DNA from: Mobula hypostoma
Lineage: Eukaryota
Assembly (NCBI RefSeq): GCF_963921235.1
Contig: NC_086107.1
Span: 96,350,001 to 96,414,000 of the forward strand
Length of the DNA stretch: 64,000 bases
Reading direction: 5' to 3'
In this document: positions 60,056 to 64,000 of the stretch, in pieces
Position numbering within the stretch: position 1 is the stretch's first letter
How the letters are laid out: every line of letters starts with the position of its first letter
Notes under the pieces: generated by a model
Databases searched by the model: none
Seen by the model: the letters and a program-made list of their open reading frames with translations, nothing else
Told to the model about the DNA's origin: nothing
Made by a program: the position numbers and the translations under genes

Positions 60056-63000
60056 AGACCTAAAGTCCGAGACACTAAACTTGCAAAAGATAATGATGGC
60101 GACGGAAAAAAGAAACCCAATCCTAAACAACCTGAGTTAACTTATGACTTGATGTTGAATTTGCTTTGTGAACAAGCTGATGAAATACATCGAGGCTTTA
60201 AAGATGAAATTAAGGCAATTACGGATTCTTTTTATGTGCTCGACCATCATGTTCAACAGCAACAAAACAAAATCACTGAATTGAAGAAGGATGCACGAAA
60301 GAAGATGAAAAAAATTGAGAGTTTGGAACTAGAAGTTTCTTTGACAGATAAACAGCTGGAGAGTCTTAAGATCTAAGATTACTGATCTGGAAAACCCATC
60401 CAGAAGAAAGACATTTAATTGGTCTCCCCCGAGGGAGTTGAGACAGGAGACCCTTCAGTAATCTTTTCTGAACTTTTAAAGACTGCATTTAGCTCTGAAT
60501 TCCTGGATGATCCTCCATTACTCGATCACGTGCATCGTATTTTTCGGCATAAATCAGATTCCCAATCTAAACCGAGACTAGTAATTATCTGATTTCATTA
60601 TGTTTATGTCAAAGAGCAACTCATACAAGTAGCCCAAAAGCAGGGAATGATTAAATTTCAAGACCATCAGTTCCGCTTGTAGAGCGCGCGATTGGCTTTC
60701 AAACCTCTGATGATGGTATGTTACCAAAAAAATCTCGAACCAGCGTTACTGTATCCTGCTCGTTTAAGAATTTCTCCTCCAAACAGCCAGCGACGTTTCT
60801 TCAACTCTACAAGTGCAGCTCAATGCTTTCTGGAAGAACTTGAATCAGCTGCCACAGTCCAATTAATATACGAATCTTGTGATATTGGCTTTGACTTTTT
60901 CTTTTTTCTCAAATTCTATTAATCATACGATTTATTTTTGAAGATTGACTTTTATAAGTTTAAGATTTCTAGTTTTGATCGGTAGCGCTGGTATTCTTTA
61001 TACTTTATGTTGTTATTGGTTAGTTTTTATTTTTTTTATTGTATGTGGGGGAATATCATTTTTTTTCTCCCTGGGGTATAACTATGATGGCGTTTTATCT
61101 TCTTCTTCCCATAATACTTTTCTTTCTGGATGTGCCTTTTTTTTTCATTCAATTGTTCTCCCTTACAAATATTTAATATTGAATAATATGTATTGGTATC
61201 TCTTTTCTCTTTTTATTTTATTATAATCAGTAATTATAATACTAAGGTATTTTATTTTACTGTATCTGTTAAGTTTATTGTCTTTTTCACTGTTATAGTG
61301 TAGTCTTTTTTAGGTGGTCTTTTTACCAACATATATGTAGGAGCCGCCTTCTGAAGAAATGGGGGTAGATTTAGTCTTAGCTAGCTTTCTGGCCTTTTCT
61401 TGGCTTAGTTTTAGGGTTTCTTGGGTGGTGGGTGGGGGGGGCATATACTTTTTTTTTCAAATGGGCTGAATTTGAACTACAATGTCTGCAATGTCGCAAC
61501 TTCTGTCTCCTTTCCTAATGCTGGTTCCTCTTCTGGTTACGAGTTTATACTCTGGTTAACTCTTAAAATTAATTTTGTTTCTTGGAATACAAATGGTTAA
61601 GTCATCCAATTAAAAGGAAAAAGATTTTTAAAATATTCCACAGAATGAATGCCCATATTATTTTTGCCCAAGAAACTCATGAAGAAAGAGGATAATCAGC
61701 GGTTTCTTTAAGTTTTGGAAGGCCTAAGAGTATCACTCAAACTCCAAAGCTAAAGTGAAAGGAGTTTCAATTTTTATAGATTCTTCAATTGCATTTGTAC
61801 ATCAGAATACCTTCTCTGACCCGAATGGTAGATTCTTGTTAATTACCGGTCTACTTTTTAATAAGAAAGTTGTTATGGTTAATGTTTATGCCCCAAATAT
61901 GGACTACCCTTAATTTTTTAAACAATTATTTACCTCCTTTCCTGATTTAAGTGATTACATGTTGATAATGGGGGGGGGGTGACTTTAATTGCTGCTTAAA
62001 TCCTTCGATGGATAAATCTGTACCTACTCGGGCATTACCGAATAAGTCGGCTACTCTTATCAATTAGTTTTTGATTGATTCTGTAATCTCCGAAATCTGG
62101 AGATCCCAAGGATAAAGAATTATCTTTCTTTTCAAATGTACATCACACTTATTCTAGGATTGACTATTTTTTATAGACTCTTGTTTAATCCCATCTGTAA
62201 TTGAGTGTAACTATGATATCATTGCCATATCTCATCATGCACCATTGAATCTCAATCAAGCTATGGGATATACCTTTTAATACTAGACAATGGCGTTTTA
62301 AATCCAACTTACTTCAAGATTCAGATCTCATCAAATTTATTAAGGATCAGATTGACCTTTTTTTTAAACTAATACTATGGATGAAATTCCCAGTGGGGTT
62401 ATATGGGACACTTTTAAAGCTTATATCCGTGGTCAGATCATTGCCTACTTGGCTGGATTGAAAAAACGCACTAAGAATGAAATACTTGTGTTGACTGATA
62501 AGATTAAAGACAGTGATAAACAATATGCCACTGCTCCTAATGAGGAGCTTTACAAACAGAGAGTTGAACTTCAAATGGAGCATAGTTTACTCTTAACATA
62601 GTCAATAGAAAATTAACTAATGAAAACAAGTGAGTTTTATATACAGTGATAAATCTGGTAAATTATCAGCCAAACAATTAAAAACAGCTTCGGTTAAACT
62701 TCAAATTACTAAGATTCCTAAACCTAATGATACTTTAACAGTTGATCATGATGAGATTAATAAATCTTTCCAAGAATTTTATACATCTTTATATCAGTCA
62801 GAATTTCCTCATGATCCTAGGGGGATGCATGACTTTTTAAGGAAATTGAACTTCCCGAAATTAACGCCCGAAGAACGTTTAAAGTTAGAAACACCTATTA
62901 CAGATGAAGAAATAGTGGGTGCTATTTCTTCAATGAATTCTGGCAAATCACCCGACCCAGATGGCTATACAGCAGAATTTTTGAAGTTTTTTTCTTCTGT

Positions 63001-64000
63001 TCTTTCTCCCCAGTTGTGCAGCTTTTAGAGATGCAATTATTATAGGTAAACTACCACAATCATTTTATGCAGCCTCTATTTCCTTAATTAAAAAAAAATA
63101 AGGATCCTACTGAATGTGCATCATATAGACTGATACCCTTATTGAATGTTGATTCAATATTTTTTCCTAAAATATTAGCATCTAGGTTAGAAAATGTATT
63201 ACCTCAAACTATTTCTGCGGATCAAACTGGATTTATTAAAAATCATTATTCATCTTTTAATATTAGAAGATTAATAAATATTATTTATACTCCTTCACCG
63301 AGAACTCCAGAATGTGTTATTTCATTAGATGCTGAGAAACTTCTGACAGAGTTGAATGGCCAAATTTATTTACTACGCTTGAGAAGTTTAACTTTAGCCT
63401 GATATTTATATCCTGGATTAAACTGATCTATCATACTCCCTTAGCTTCGGTTTTAACTAGTAATCAAAGATCTCCCTTTTTTCGATTATTTCGTGGCACT
63501 AGGCAGAGTTATCCTTTAAGTCCTTTATTATCTGATACTGCTTTAGAACCTTTAGCAATTGCTATTCGAAATTCACCAAATATTTTTGGTATTACTCATG
63601 GGAAAGAGATACATAAGTTATCATTATATGCAGATGATTTACTATTATATATTTCTGACCCAGAAAAATCCATTCCTGCAACTTTATCCTTGTTGGATAA
63701 GTTTAGTAAGTTTTCTGGTTACAAACTGAATCTTAATAAGAGTGAACTTTTTCCGTTAAATATGATGGTTCCAAACTATAAATGTTTACCATTTAGATTA
63801 GTTACTGATCACATTACTTATTTGGGAGTTAAAATTACTAAGAAGCATAAGGATTTATTAAAGGTTAATTTTTTTTAGCCTTATGTGATCAGATTAAAGG
63901 TTTGATTACAAAATGGTCACCAATGTTTTTGTCATTAATTGGTTTGATCAATGCTGTTAAGATGATTATTTCACCTAAGTTTCTATATTTATTTCAAGCA
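60056..64000 (+). mobile_element. L1 LINE (ORF1, spacer, ORF2 EN-RT), decayed, runs off the window end
   Basis: LLYPARLRI ORF1; SWNTNG, AQETH, NVYAPN, GKSPDPDG, DAEK, YADD and SGYKLN ORF2 motifs. Confidence 0.9.

Overview
This window is eukaryotic DNA, almost certainly vertebrate and probably from a cartilaginous fish (inferred from CR1 LINEs with TTCTATGT-type tails, Penelope-like elements and fish-type L1/Tx1). It is essentially all transposable elements, and I see no host gene. It is a deeply nested stack of mostly decayed elements: CR1, L1, Tx1-like, RTE, Rex/Babar, I/Nimb-like and L2 LINEs; Penelope-like (GIY-YIG) pieces; two full-span Gmr1-type Gypsy LTR retrotransposons (integrase before RT) and a third, truncated Gypsy; several solo LTRs; and hAT, Tc1 and Tigger/pogo DNA transposons. 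The only large intact ORF is a 604-aa DD32D Tigger transposase. The strongest unexplained signal is orientation: by manual tally about 35-40 insertions of all classes lie on the + strand, against 3-4 small pieces on the - strand. That is the architecture expected of a uni-strand (flamenco-like) piRNA cluster or transposon trap read from the - strand, which is an inference. Other highlights are a minimal hammerhead ribozyme in a Penelope pLTR, a ~128-bp-arm fold-back inside a solo LTR, an LTR element with an apparently unprocessed right end in place of a TSD, and a duplicated RTE+LTR composite about 52 kb apart. Coordinates were read by eye; family names come from motif recognition, not database searches.
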